From assembly GCF_018598225.1 (NCBI RefSeq), contig NZ_JAHESF010000007.1:68554-132553 (forward strand): a stretch of 64,000 bases of DNA, read 5' to 3'. This document shows, piece after piece, positions 55,601-64,000 of the stretch. The notes beneath the pieces were generated by a model that was not told where the DNA came from, did not search any database, and was given only the letters and a program-made list of their open reading frames with translations. Source of the DNA: Chryseosolibacter histidini (GTDB lineage: Bacteria; Bacteroidota; Bacteroidia; Cytophagales; Cyclobacteriaceae). Each line of letters opens with the position of its first letter. Positions within the stretch are counted from its first letter, which is position 1. A program made the position numbers and the translations under genes.

Positions 55601-55947
55601 CCTACTTCCCCAGGCTTCGCGGCTATTCGGCACAGTCCACGAACCGTGAATTGTTCGTAAAACAAACCCGCTATCTGCAAAACGTAGCGTATATCCGCCT
55701 GAAGAATATCCAGGTCAGCTACACCATTCCCACCGCGCTTCTTGAAAAGCTGAAGCTGAACAGTGCCCGCGTATTTTTGTCGGGCGAGAACCTGTGGTCA
55801 TGGTCACCGCTGTACAAAGTCACCCGCGATCTCGACGTGGGAAGCATCGGCCCCTCAGACAAGATCCTCACTTCGGGCACTTCGGGCAACGGCTTCAACT
55901 ACCCGGTGCTCAAGAGCTATACTGTTGGATTATCAGTTAACCTTTAA
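52657..55947 (+). CDS. SusC/RagA-family TonB-dependent outer-membrane receptor
   Basis: N-terminal CarboxypepD_reg (KGKVTDPSGEALPGVNVIVKGTTNGTTTDTNGNFAL), TonB plug, and 1096 aa beta-barrel ending in an aromatic residue. Followed immediately by a susD-like gene. Confidence 0.9.
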   Translation: MTKPLRRRSVLHRLYPHCVAALLLWQLPAAPLLHAKPVAENEIAEIKLLADKPVKGKVTDPSGEALPGVNVIVKGTTNGTTTDTNGNFALEVPENATLQFSYIGFQTIEVEVGDRTVIDIAMEVDSKSLEEVVVVAYGTQKKVNMTGAVDQVSAKVLNNRPITNLSQGLVGVIPNLNINLEDGKPIQSPAYNVRGVTSVGQGGNALILIDGVEGDPRMINPRDVASVTVLKDAASASIYGARGAFGVVLITTKIPEHGRVSVDYYANYSIKKPTTVPELVTDGYRSAMLFNEAWTAWNDYSQTPQNVNKTLKFSPEYLAELKRRSEDPSLPKVDVLPNGEYVYYENMDWYKELYKNNLSANEHNLTVSGATEKATYQITGRYQGQEGLFRYNSDDYKMYNFRARGTVQLAPWLKVDNNTQFSNMLYHNPLNVGEGGSIWRNIADEGHTMSPMFNPDGTLTYSAAYTVGDFWYGKNGYDMNERVMRNTTAFDANFFDKKVSVKGNFTFQNTDSDWTVIRVPVPYSRRPGVIEYVGANTNDISEMRNETQYMATNLYAEYENTFSARHHIKGLIGYNYEQSTFEGLRAQRNGLIYENATDINLALGQAISTSGGWDKWNVLGGFFRLNYIFDERYLLEVNGRYDGSSKFPANERYAFFPSVSAGWRVSKEHFWNVSENFISELKFRGSYGSLGNGSIGSYAFQEKFNVQQSGLVLNGVRPQLTSQPGVLPAGLTWETATVQNLGVDLSMLNGRLLLNADAYVRKTTDMFTPGMTLPAVFGTAVPYGNYADLKTTGWEIVLDWQDERSLGAKPFSYSVRLTLADAQAEILKFNNPDKRLTDYYAGQKYGEIWGFETEGFFTSVDDIANHANQSAIAASATGKLLPGDIKFRDLNGDNFINVGENTVNKPGDMRVIGNSTPRYVYGAMFGVNWSNFGFGAFFQGVGKQDWWPGAEADLFWGPYNRPYNTALESMASKIWSEENPNTYFPRLRGYSAQSTNRELFVKQTRYLQNVAYIRLKNIQVSYTIPTALLEKLKLNSARVFLSGENLWSWSPLYKVTRDLDVGSIGPSDKILTSGTSGNGFNYPVLKSYTVGLSVNL

Positions 55948-55958
55948 AAGAAACGACA

Positions 55959-57728
55959 ATGAAAAATATATTCGGATGGCTGGCGCTGCTCATGCTGATG
56001 ATGACCGCCTGCGACCTCGAACAACTGCCTGAAGCCACTACCTCGAAGGTGGCGGTGTTCAGCACTGAAAAAGGGCTGGAGCTTTATGCCAACTCTTTCT
56101 ACAACATTCTTCCTACCGCCAACACGGTGATCAGGTCTGATGAGATGAGCGACTATGCAGCGCGCACACAAGTACCCGACCTGTTGCGCGAATCCGGTTT
56201 TGGCGCCCAGCAAAGCTCCGGGTGGGACTGGGGTGCGCTGCGCAACATCAACTACTTTATTGCCAACTGTAATCACCCGGCCGTGAGCCCTGAAGCCAGA
56301 CGTCACTACATCGGGCTCGCGAAATTTTTCAGGGCATGGTTCTACTTCGATAAAGTGAAACGTTTCGGAGATGTACCGTGGATCGGCAAACCAATGGAAG
56401 TTAACGATCCTGATCTGTACAAAGCCCGCGATCCCCGTGCGCTGGTTATGGATTCTGTGTTGAATGATCTGAACTACGCCACGGCTAACATCCGCACGGT
56501 GACCGATAACTCACGGAGCCTGGTCACAAAATATGTGGCCTACGGATTGAAGTCACGCATCTGCCTGTTTGAGGCAAGCTATCGCAAATATCACAATGAG
56601 CTTGGGCTTCAAAGCACCGCCAATCAATGGTTCACCGAAGCGGCCAGTGCTGCCAATACCGTGATCACTGAAGGTGGCCTCAGCCTGAGCGAAACAGGTG
56701 GCACCGGCAAATCGTACCGCCAGCTTTTTATCAACAAAACGCCAGTTACTTCAGAGATCATGCTCGCGGCCGTCTGCGATGCCACGCTTGCCGTGTACAA
56801 TGACGCCAACTGGTGGTGGACCAGCGCAACGTATGGTCCACGCGTAAGCTTTACCCGTACGTTCATCAATACCTACCTCAATATCGACGGCTCACCGTTT
56901 ACCAACACGGCAGGTTATGAGACCATGACCTTCGCGCAGGAAGTAAAAGGAAGGGACACACGGCTCCAGCAAAGCATCCGCATGGGCTCGTACACCCGCG
57001 TTAATGCCGGAGCAACCGAAGCAGCGCCTCCGGTATTCTCGTATACCTATACCGGGTACCAACCCATCAAGTGGTGCCTCGATGACACCTACTACGATGG
57101 TGGCAGCAGGAACGACAACTCTATTTCTATCATGCGGTATGCGGAGATACTGCTGAACTATGCCGAAGCGAAAGCCGAGCTGGGCACGCTTACCGATGCC
57201 GACTGGGCCAAGACGGCAGGCGCCCTGCGCAAAAGAGCGGGCATCACCAATGGCCTGTCAGCGAAACCCACCGTGGCAGATCCCTACCTGCGCGACAATT
57301 ATTTTCCAGAGATCTCCGATGCGGTGATACTGGAGCTGCGGAGAGAAAGAGCCATCGAGCTGGCCCTGGAAGGTTTCCGGTTCTATGACCTCGTTCGCTG
57401 GAAGCATGGCGAGCTGCTGACAAAAACCTGGAATGGTTTCTATGTGCCCGCGCTCAATGTGCCCATGGACCTGAATGAAGATGGAAAGATGGATGTTCTC
57501 TTCTACAAAGGCACGGCTCCCGCGCCCATCGCCGGTGTTACGTTTGTCAATGTATCGGAGACGATCAGCGGCGGCACCAACCCGCAACGTTTGTCGAATG
57601 ATACATCGGGCGAGATCACATGGCTGAAAAATATCAACCGTAAATGGGAAGACAAAAAATACCTCTTCCCTATCCCGGAAAACGACAGGCTTATTAACCC
57701 GAACCTGGGGCAAAATCCTGACTGGTAA
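55959..57728 (+). CDS. RagB/SusD-family nutrient-binding outer-membrane lipoprotein
   Basis: Lipobox LMMTACD. 589 aa with SusD-like TPR-rich sequence. Partner of the upstream SusC. Confidence 0.9.
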   Translation: MKNIFGWLALLMLMMTACDLEQLPEATTSKVAVFSTEKGLELYANSFYNILPTANTVIRSDEMSDYAARTQVPDLLRESGFGAQQSSGWDWGALRNINYFIANCNHPAVSPEARRHYIGLAKFFRAWFYFDKVKRFGDVPWIGKPMEVNDPDLYKARDPRALVMDSVLNDLNYATANIRTVTDNSRSLVTKYVAYGLKSRICLFEASYRKYHNELGLQSTANQWFTEAASAANTVITEGGLSLSETGGTGKSYRQLFINKTPVTSEIMLAAVCDATLAVYNDANWWWTSATYGPRVSFTRTFINTYLNIDGSPFTNTAGYETMTFAQEVKGRDTRLQQSIRMGSYTRVNAGATEAAPPVFSYTYTGYQPIKWCLDDTYYDGGSRNDNSISIMRYAEILLNYAEAKAELGTLTDADWAKTAGALRKRAGITNGLSAKPTVADPYLRDNYFPEISDAVILELRRERAIELALEGFRFYDLVRWKHGELLTKTWNGFYVPALNVPMDLNEDGKMDVLFYKGTAPAPIAGVTFVNVSETISGGTNPQRLSNDTSGEITWLKNINRKWEDKKYLFPIPENDRLINPNLGQNPDW

Positions 57729-57745
57729 AAATGATCTCTAAAAAA

Positions 57746-57812
57746 AGAAGCCAGGAGTCAGAAGTCAGAAGCCAGAAGGAGGAGTAAGAATTAAGGAGTA
57801 AGGAATAAGAAG
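57746..57812. repeat. Oligonucleotide tandem repeats (AGAAGYCAG / AAGGAGTAAG units) immediately 3' of susD
   Basis: agaagccaggagtcagaagtcagaagccagaaggaggagtaagaattaaggagtaaggaataagaag read directly. Confidence 0.8.
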
Positions 57813-57931
57813 AAAGCGGCTCTGAAATGAATGGAGAGGCCTGGCCGAGGAAAATATTTTTATTAAATACATTTTTGAATTAAATGATAGTACACCAAAA
57901 TTACGCCGTAACATTAACAGCTATAGATAAC

Positions 57932-58771
57932 ATGATGCCTAAAAGAATACACATCCTACTCATATTTCTGGTGCTGGCAGGGCCGGGTTATTCACAAGTG
58001 TTGAGGATCGCTACGTACAATATGCGGTACGATAACGCGGGCGATAGTCTCAATCCTTGGAAGGATCGTTTGCCGGTGATCACGCAGATGATCCGTTTTC
58101 ATGACTTCGACATCTTCGGCGGTCAGGAGCTGTTGCATCACCAGGTTGAAGGCCTTGCAAAAAATCTCACGGAGTATGGTTACAACGGCGTTGGCAGAGA
58201 CGATGGTGCCACCAAAGGAGAGTATTCACCCGTATTCTATAAAAAAGACAAGTTCAAAGTTTTGTCTCAGGGCACGTTCTGGTTGTCAGAGACACCTGAC
58301 AAACCTGGCAAAGGATGGGATGCTTCGCTTCCGCGGATCTGCTCGTGGGTTCAGCTGCAGGAACGTGCCAGCGGGAAAAAACTCTTTTTCTTCAACACAC
58401 ACTTCGATCACCGTGGACAGCAGGCACGCAAAGAGAGCGCACGCCTGATCGTGGAATCAGTGGGAAAAATTGCCGGGAGGTGGCCGGCCATTCTTACCGG
58501 AGATTTCAACTTCGACCAGATGCATGAAAACTATACGCTCATCAACACCTCGAGTACATTGCGCGATTGTTTCGATCTGTCGCCGATCAAGATGACCCAC
58601 AACGGCACCTTCAATAGCTTCAACATTTCCAGCACCACAGACCGCCGCATCGATCACATCTTTGTTACCCAGAACGTTGATGTGAAACGATACGGAATTC
58701 TGACCGACAGCTACAACGGAAAATTTCCTTCAGATCACTTCCCGGTAATGGTGGTGGTTGAGGTGAAGTAA
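57932..58771 (+). CDS. Endonuclease/exonuclease/phosphatase (EEP)-family secreted protein (upstream in-frame alternative start at 57884)
   Basis: Signal peptide. IATYNMRYDN, GGQEL, and C-terminal SDHFPV motifs typical of EEP enzymes. Confidence 0.8.
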   Translation: MMPKRIHILLIFLVLAGPGYSQVLRIATYNMRYDNAGDSLNPWKDRLPVITQMIRFHDFDIFGGQELLHHQVEGLAKNLTEYGYNGVGRDDGATKGEYSPVFYKKDKFKVLSQGTFWLSETPDKPGKGWDASLPRICSWVQLQERASGKKLFFFNTHFDHRGQQARKESARLIVESVGKIAGRWPAILTGDFNFDQMHENYTLINTSSTLRDCFDLSPIKMTHNGTFNSFNISSTTDRRIDHIFVTQNVDVKRYGILTDSYNGKFPSDHFPVMVVVEVK

Positions 58772-58797
58772 ATATTTTCAGTGTAGTATCAAATAAA

Positions 58798-58838
58798 GGA
58801 GGCTGCCTCAACGAAAAAGAGGCAGCCTCTTTTGTTTT
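58798..58838. terminator. Intrinsic terminator (ggaggctgcctc ... gaggcagcctc plus T-run) between convergent genes
   Basis: 11-bp inverted repeat followed by ttttgtttt. Confidence 0.7.
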
Positions 58839-58847
58839 CAGCGGCCG

Positions 58848-59942
58848 CTAAAAAGAAAGGCCAAGATTCAAAAACAGACCCTTTCGATTCCCCGGCGGAG
58901 TCAATTCAGCAATTATAAATGTCGACCCTGCTTTTATTTTTACACCTGCGCCCAGGTTCAATGCCGGAAAAAAGCCCATCTCTTGCTCGTTGCCCATGTC
59001 CTGATAGTTCACTACGTGATAATTGGTTTCTATCGCCAACCCCAGTCCTATTCCTCCATAGGCATAGAATCTGACGGGACTGGTATCGGTTTGCATATAA
59101 AGTCCAACAGGAATTGCTGATAAAAATTGTTGTCTGAAATTATCACTGTTGTTTCTTATGTAACGTCGAGGCTCTGAAAGGGACGAATATCTGTACGAGA
59201 CACCACGTATCAGTGCCATTTTCCTGGACAACTCTGGAAAAGTCCTACCTCCATAGAATGCCATCCTGAAGTCGGTGCCAACCCCGTTATATAATGAAAA
59301 ACCTGCAGTGATGTCGTAGAAAAATGCAGGCTGAGGACGATAGCGATATACCGGGAAGTCATTTGCATATTGTTGATTGTATGCCAAAATATCTTTTCGG
59401 ATAGACTTCTCATGATAGGAGACGTTGCTTGATGTGTAATTTGTCTGAACACCTTTGGCAAGGTTTAACAATCCGAGGTATTCAAAAGACTGACCCGCTC
59501 GTGATTTTCCATTTTGATCGATCTTCAGCTTTTTCGGAGGTGTCAGGTGAAACGTGCGGCCTGAGGAATTATTTGTTAAAAGAATTTCCGGCCGATTTTC
59601 TTCCGGCCTGGCATACGTAAACATGCTGACCTTACCCTCCACATCTCTCTTTGCAAATATGTACACGGAATCGTTCTGGGTGGCAAATGAAAAGCTTCTG
59701 AAAATCCGTCCATTGTTGAATCCAAAACTCACCAAATCCTTAGGCAGGTATTTAACTTCTCCTTTATCTCCGTCCAGTTTCTTAAAAGTAATTCCCGGGC
59801 TCAATTCAGCATCTGTTCCATCGACAATAAATCCCCTAATCGTATCTCCTTTCGAGGTTACTACAAAACCTGGGCTTAAATTCTGAGCAAGCAACGCATG
59901 GCACAGACCGAGCGCCAGAAATGTGAATAAAAAAAATTTCAT
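58848..59942 (-). CDS. Hypothetical secreted/outer-membrane protein
   Basis: Signal peptide. 364 aa rich in beta-strand-like alternating residues, with a C-terminal aromatic residue. Confidence 0.5.
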   Translation of the reverse strand: MKFFLFTFLALGLCHALLAQNLSPGFVVTSKGDTIRGFIVDGTDAELSPGITFKKLDGDKGEVKYLPKDLVSFGFNNGRIFRSFSFATQNDSVYIFAKRDVEGKVSMFTYARPEENRPEILLTNNSSGRTFHLTPPKKLKIDQNGKSRAGQSFEYLGLLNLAKGVQTNYTSSNVSYHEKSIRKDILAYNQQYANDFPVYRYRPQPAFFYDITAGFSLYNGVGTDFRMAFYGGRTFPELSRKMALIRGVSYRYSSLSEPRRYIRNNSDNFRQQFLSAIPVGLYMQTDTSPVRFYAYGGIGLGLAIETNYHVVNYQDMGNEQEMGFFPALNLGAGVKIKAGSTFIIAELTPPGNRKGLFLNLGLSF

Positions 59943-60138
59943 TGATAAATAAATTGATAAGGGGTGCGCTAATGTTGAGTGGGCGCAAATTTAAAAAAAA
60001 TATCGCGAACGCACGTTCCGCAATAATCGATGAACAGTTATCACCTGATCACAAACCAGATAATACCTAGTTATTGGTATTGAAACATGCATGCCTTGTG
60101 CCGTTTCTTTATAAAATAAAAACTAACTGAAAAACCCC

Positions 60139-60891
60139 ATGAGAAAGATCGTTTCTAGTCTTACTTTGCTGGCGATGATGTTGTTCTTCAACAGCTGTCT
60201 TGATTTCGGAACTTCCGAAGACGAAGAAGAGACTCCCGAGATAGAAGGCAAGGTGTGGGTGCGCATTATTGGCGCCAGCGGCGACAAAACAGAGCTAGCC
60301 ATTGGTGGTATCGACGGCGAACCAGCCAACCGGGTGTATATGTGCGAGCTGAAAGGTTCTACTGTGGCCGGTCTTTACAAAGGCATTCTTACTTCCGATA
60401 ACATGATCGATTGGGACGATAACATTCCCAACACCTACCTTCGAATCAAAGGCTCTGAGCTTGAATTTGACTACAGATGCTGCGGCGCGCTGCCAACGTA
60501 TTACAAACAGGGTGTATGGACAGGAGAATGCGGCCCGTTGAAGAACACTACGATACAATTGGCAGTAGGCCTTAACAACAGCGAGATGGGCAATGTCACC
60601 ATTAAGAACGTAAGTGTTGATGGAAAGCCTGTTCCGCTCACACTATTGAATTCCGTCACCACCGCTCCTGATTGTTCTTCCAATTCATTTCTCACATTAC
60701 CCAAGCCCACCAAGAGCAACCAGAACGGCGGATACTACACGGTATCGGTTACCTATTCTGCAGTAGGCATCAGTGGCCCTTACACCGCTACGGATTCTGA
60801 AACGTGGTATGAATATTACTTCAAGACTGGATGCAATAAATACAAAGTAGGGATCAATGGCATGAATAAGTTCGGGCTGGTACCGCTATAA
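60139..60891 (+). CDS. Hypothetical lipoprotein
   Basis: Lipobox FFNSCLD. 250 aa. Confidence 0.5.
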   Translation: MRKIVSSLTLLAMMLFFNSCLDFGTSEDEEETPEIEGKVWVRIIGASGDKTELAIGGIDGEPANRVYMCELKGSTVAGLYKGILTSDNMIDWDDNIPNTYLRIKGSELEFDYRCCGALPTYYKQGVWTGECGPLKNTTIQLAVGLNNSEMGNVTIKNVSVDGKPVPLTLLNSVTTAPDCSSNSFLTLPKPTKSNQNGGYYTVSVTYSAVGISGPYTATDSETWYEYYFKTGCNKYKVGINGMNKFGLVPL

Positions 60892-60993
60892 ACTGGGATT
60901 AGATGATTTATAGGATTACATGATTAGAGGACTAAGCAGATGAGGATTCTGAAATTGTATCGCTGTTAATCTGACTCACCATTCAATACAAAT

Positions 60994-61030
60994 AAAAAAA
61001 GCCCGCAGTTAAACGGGCTTTTTTTATTCT
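60994..61030. terminator. Bidirectional intrinsic terminator (A-run, gcccg...cgggc, T-run)
   Basis: aaaaaaagcccgcagttaaacgggcttttttt between convergent CDS. Confidence 0.75.
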
Positions 61031-61047
61031 TAGCATTTTCCATTACT

Positions 61048-64000
61048 TCATTGCTTCACAAGCTTCATGTAGGATGTTCCTTTTTCAAGGACCACCTGAA
61101 TAAGGTACATCCCTTTAGGGTAATCGGCCAGCGATTGTTCAACCAGGCCACCTGCCTGAAGCTGATGCGTGCCCAGCTTTTTTCCTTGCAGATCAATGAT
61201 ATTCAATAATGCACTGCTGGCATTGTCTCCTTTTATATAGACTACGTCCATAGCAGGATTGGGATAAACGGTAATATCGCTATATGTTTCTTCGAGTCCG
61301 GTCACGACGACGTAAAACTCGTCGCTGTAATTGCTCATGCATCCATCTATAGTAACCTGCACCTTGTAAGTGTCATTTTCACTGGGTTGAAAAGTTTTCT
61401 GTGTTGCACCGTTCACAACCTCTGCTTGCCTGAACCATTGATTTCCAGCCTCTGCGCTTGAGGTGAGAACTGGATCCCCGGAAGGGTCAGACAACAAAGT
61501 AACTACTGGCTTGACAGGCGAAATACAAAAGATCTGGCTTACCGGCGGCGCGGGATCAAACAAGGCATCACCGGATTGTTGTACTGTGACTTTCACTGTA
61601 CCAGGCTTCACGATGGTGGCGGTAGCACCAGCCAAGCTCAGCTCTTCTTCACTGGTAATGGTAACGGGGAGTCCGGAAGATGCAGTGGCTTCAATCACGA
61701 ATGGAGCACTGCCCATTACTTTGTTGTCGATCGGCGTCAATGCTATTTGCTGCGCCTCCCTGGTGAACGGCACTTTAAAGAGCTCACCTCCATAGTCAGG
61801 GTGGTTTGCCGTGAAGTAGATCCAATTATTGAAGTACACAATTTCCATGGGATCGAGATCAGCCACCTTTACCGTGCCCGGTGTTGTTCCATTCGTTCGC
61901 CAAAGCGCACCCTGTGATTTGAAATACACCAGCTCTTTGATTGGCGTTAGCAGGAACGGATTGGAACTTGCGGGACCGGGTATACGATCAATGACCTGTG
62001 TGCCCTGCGCCGTGCCATCGCTTACCCACAGCTCCTTGCCATAAGCAACATCGGTTGCAATGAAATAAAGCTTGTTACCGGAAGCGGTGAAGCTACCGGG
62101 GCCGTTATTTTTTTCGTTGCCTGATTCAATATCCTTCACGAAAAGTGTCCCTTCAGTTGTTCCATCCGTCTTCCACAGACACCATCCCTTTTCTGCATCG
62201 TACGCTATGAACAACAACCGGTCACCCACAATCGTAAAGCCTCTCGCATCTGAACCCACGGTACCCGGCACAATATCCGCCAGCAAAACAGTGCCTTCAG
62301 CGGTGCCATCGGTTACCCAAACCTCGTTTCCGTGAGCGCTTTCGGCGGCAGTGAAAACCACTTTATCTTTGAATAGTGTAAAATTCAATGGTTGTGACGA
62401 TGCGGTGCCCGGATTAATATCCTTCAGAAGCGTTGTTCCTGCTTCCGTACCATCGGTTGACCATAGCTCAGATCCTTCGGTGGGCGCCGATCCGTCAAAA
62501 ATTAATTTTGAATCCAGAACAGCTCCATCACCCGAGGTACCGTTGCCACCTGCAGGATTGATATCTTTTAGTATATGAGTACCAGCCTCCGTACCATCTG
62601 TTACCCAATACTCTTTACCCAAAGCGGTACCGTTCCTGAAAGAAATTGCCATGGCAAAAATCAACTTATTCCCCAGCGTATAGTAAGTTTTTCTTGCAGA
62701 GGACCAGCTGCTGAGTTGAGTGCCAAAATCCTTAAAAAGTGTGACACTCTGGGTCGATCCATTTGTCTTATAGAACTTCCAATTGCTGTAGTAGACAAGA
62801 TCAGCTCCTGTTCTGCCGTACATCACCGGAAACCCCACGCCGAAATCAAATTTAAAGGTTGTACCCGCATCTGTTCCGTCACTTGAAAAAAGATCAGGGC
62901 TTGTCCACTGTGAGCCCGGAGAGGCGGCATTGAGCAGAAGCTTGCCTTCACTGATATTAATTGCTGACAAAACTCCAAAAGCGCTCGCAGTTCCTGTTGC
63001 CACGTTCTTCAGCAAAGAAGTTCCTCCTGCTGTGCCATCGGTGGACCATATTTCCTGTCCGTTAACACCGTCATCTGCATAGAAATAGGCACGGTTTTTA
63101 AACACCGCCCAACCCCTTGGCTCTGAATTTTCTACGCCGGGTTTGATATCTTTTAACAGAGAAAAGCTCTGATGCGCATCATCGCTTGCACTGAGCTCTC
63201 TGCCTGTAGCCGGATCGTAATGTTGCAGGATCAGCTTATTGTTTACAAAAGGAAGATTGCGATTCATGGATACTTCAGCTGGATCATCATCCAGGTAAGT
63301 TACCTCGACCGTTGTTCCGTCTGTTTTAAAAACACTGAGCGAAGCTGCCGGGGCGTTATATCCAAAACCATAAAAATAGTTACCAACAGCAACGCCGGCT
63401 TCGGCATTTCCAGCCGTCAGGTAAACTGTTCCGGCTTCCGTGCCATCTGAAATCCATGTGGCGCCGGAAACAGAGAATATTAATCTGTTATTAAATCGAA
63501 AAAAAGCAGTGATAAAAGACGTCCCGAATTGCCTGACTTTGACAGTGCCATCCAATGTACCATCGCTTGACCACAACGAATACTTTTCAACAGGATCGTT
63601 GACTGAGAACATAATTTTGCTCCCAAACGACTGGTACTCACTTACGGTCTTGCCTTCCAAAAGCTTTTGGAGATTACCCGTAAGGCCATTCACCGCAAAA
63701 AAATCCTGTTTGCCAGTGGTTGAGTTAACAGCCTTGAAAAATACGTGGGTATCGGAAGACGTTGCCTTAAAAATACCGGAATAACCTCCAAAAATCGTAA
63801 CCATGATTGTATTGGCCTCGGTGCCATCACTTTTCCAGATTTCCTTTTCGCCGTTCATGTCATGGTCGGCCAGAAAAAAAATGATGTTACCCACAACACC
63901 TATAAGGGAAATTCCACCGGCGCCGGGCGTGACGTCTTTCACTAACCTGGTGCCATTGGCGGTACCATCCGAGACATATAACTCATTTCCGTGCAGTCCA
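61048..64000 (-). CDS. ELWxxDGT-repeat beta-propeller protein with T9SS (Por) C-terminal sorting domain; N-terminus beyond window
   Basis: Many repeats of ELW(K/S/V)(S/T)DGT(E/A)AGT. C-terminal about 80 aa (ITVYPNPAMDVVYIKG...YLIQVVLEKGTSYMKLVKQ) matches the T9SS type-A CTD. The ORF runs off the window end. Confidence 0.85.
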   Translation of the reverse strand, partial: GLHGNELYVSDGTANGTRLVKDVTPGAGGISLIGVVGNIIFFLADHDMNGEKEIWKSDGTEANTIMVTIFGGYSGIFKATSSDTHVFFKAVNSTTGKQDFFAVNGLTGNLQKLLEGKTVSEYQSFGSKIMFSVNDPVEKYSLWSSDGTLDGTVKVRQFGTSFITAFFRFNNRLIFSVSGATWISDGTEAGTVYLTAGNAEAGVAVGNYFYGFGYNAPAASLSVFKTDGTTVEVTYLDDDPAEVSMNRNLPFVNNKLILQHYDPATGRELSASDDAHQSFSLLKDIKPGVENSEPRGWAVFKNRAYFYADDGVNGQEIWSTDGTAGGTSLLKNVATGTASAFGVLSAINISEGKLLLNAASPGSQWTSPDLFSSDGTDAGTTFKFDFGVGFPVMYGRTGADLVYYSNWKFYKTNGSTQSVTLFKDFGTQLSSWSSARKTYYTLGNKLIFAMAISFRNGTALGKEYWVTDGTEAGTHILKDINPAGGNGTSGDGAVLDSKLIFDGSAPTEGSELWSTDGTEAGTTLLKDINPGTASSQPLNFTLFKDKVVFTAAESAHGNEVWVTDGTAEGTVLLADIVPGTVGSDARGFTIVGDRLLFIAYDAEKGWCLWKTDGTTEGTLFVKDIESGNEKNNGPGSFTASGNKLYFIATDVAYGKELWVSDGTAQGTQVIDRIPGPASSNPFLLTPIKELVYFKSQGALWRTNGTTPGTVKVADLDPMEIVYFNNWIYFTANHPDYGGELFKVPFTREAQQIALTPIDNKVMGSAPFVIEATASSGLPVTITSEEELSLAGATATIVKPGTVKVTVQQSGDALFDPAPPVSQIFCISPVKPVVTLLSDPSGDPVLTSSAEAGNQWFRQAEVVNGATQKTFQPSENDTYKVQVTIDGCMSNYSDEFYVVVTGLEETYSDITVYPNPAMDVVYIKGDNASSALLNIIDLQGKKLGTHQLQAGGLVEQSLADYPKGMYLIQVVLEKGTSYMKLVKQ

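Noticed and set aside
52704-55680. Numerous antisense ORFs within susC
   Set aside because: High-GC antisense artefacts within a 1096-aa TonB-dependent receptor gene.
61463-63945. Plus-strand ORFs of 66-114 aa across the ELWxxDGT gene
   Set aside because: Antisense to a long repeat protein with clear T9SS CTD. Spurious.

Overview
The window is a 64 kb chromosomal segment that looks Bacteroidota-like, probably Chitinophagaceae-type. Supporting signs are a SusC/SusD pair, a T9SS C-terminal sorting domain, several AraC regulators, many lipoproteins, and GC near 50%. It is densely coding, with about 60 credible CDS. Most genes are accessory or housekeeping: S9 and S33 peptidases, an IorAB-like molybdenum hydroxylase, a stand-alone LigD polymerase-domain protein, a patatin phospholipase, a fatty-acid desaturase with RRM and cold-shock-domain proteins, an ABC permease, SDRs, and an ArsR/SRPBCC pair. 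The standout is a ~9 kb RNA-repair locus at ~30.97-39.9 kb. It begins with a mosaic of tRNA-derived fragments, including a tRNA-like module with acceptor end, D-arm and T-arm but no anticodon arm, and no intact tRNA. It continues with a cytoplasmic SPFH/band-7 protein and two divergent archaeo-eukaryotic-type RtcB RNA ligases that share an extra N-terminal domain. An oppositely oriented membrane protein lies between the two RtcB genes. Next comes a soluble AAA+ ATPase fused to an FtsH-like M41 zinc-protease domain, followed by the RNA 2'-phosphotransferase KptA/Tpt1. I also see a family of short oligonucleotide tandem repeats placed immediately 3' of several stop codons, and an unusual heptamer-repeat/long-hairpin intergenic element. 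There is a three-gene cluster that may be redox-related: a DUF1399-like protein, a protein with a Cys/Gly-rich tail, and a SelW-like Rdx protein. No CRISPR array, transposase or integrase was seen. All family assignments come from motif recognition by eye and were not checked by database search.
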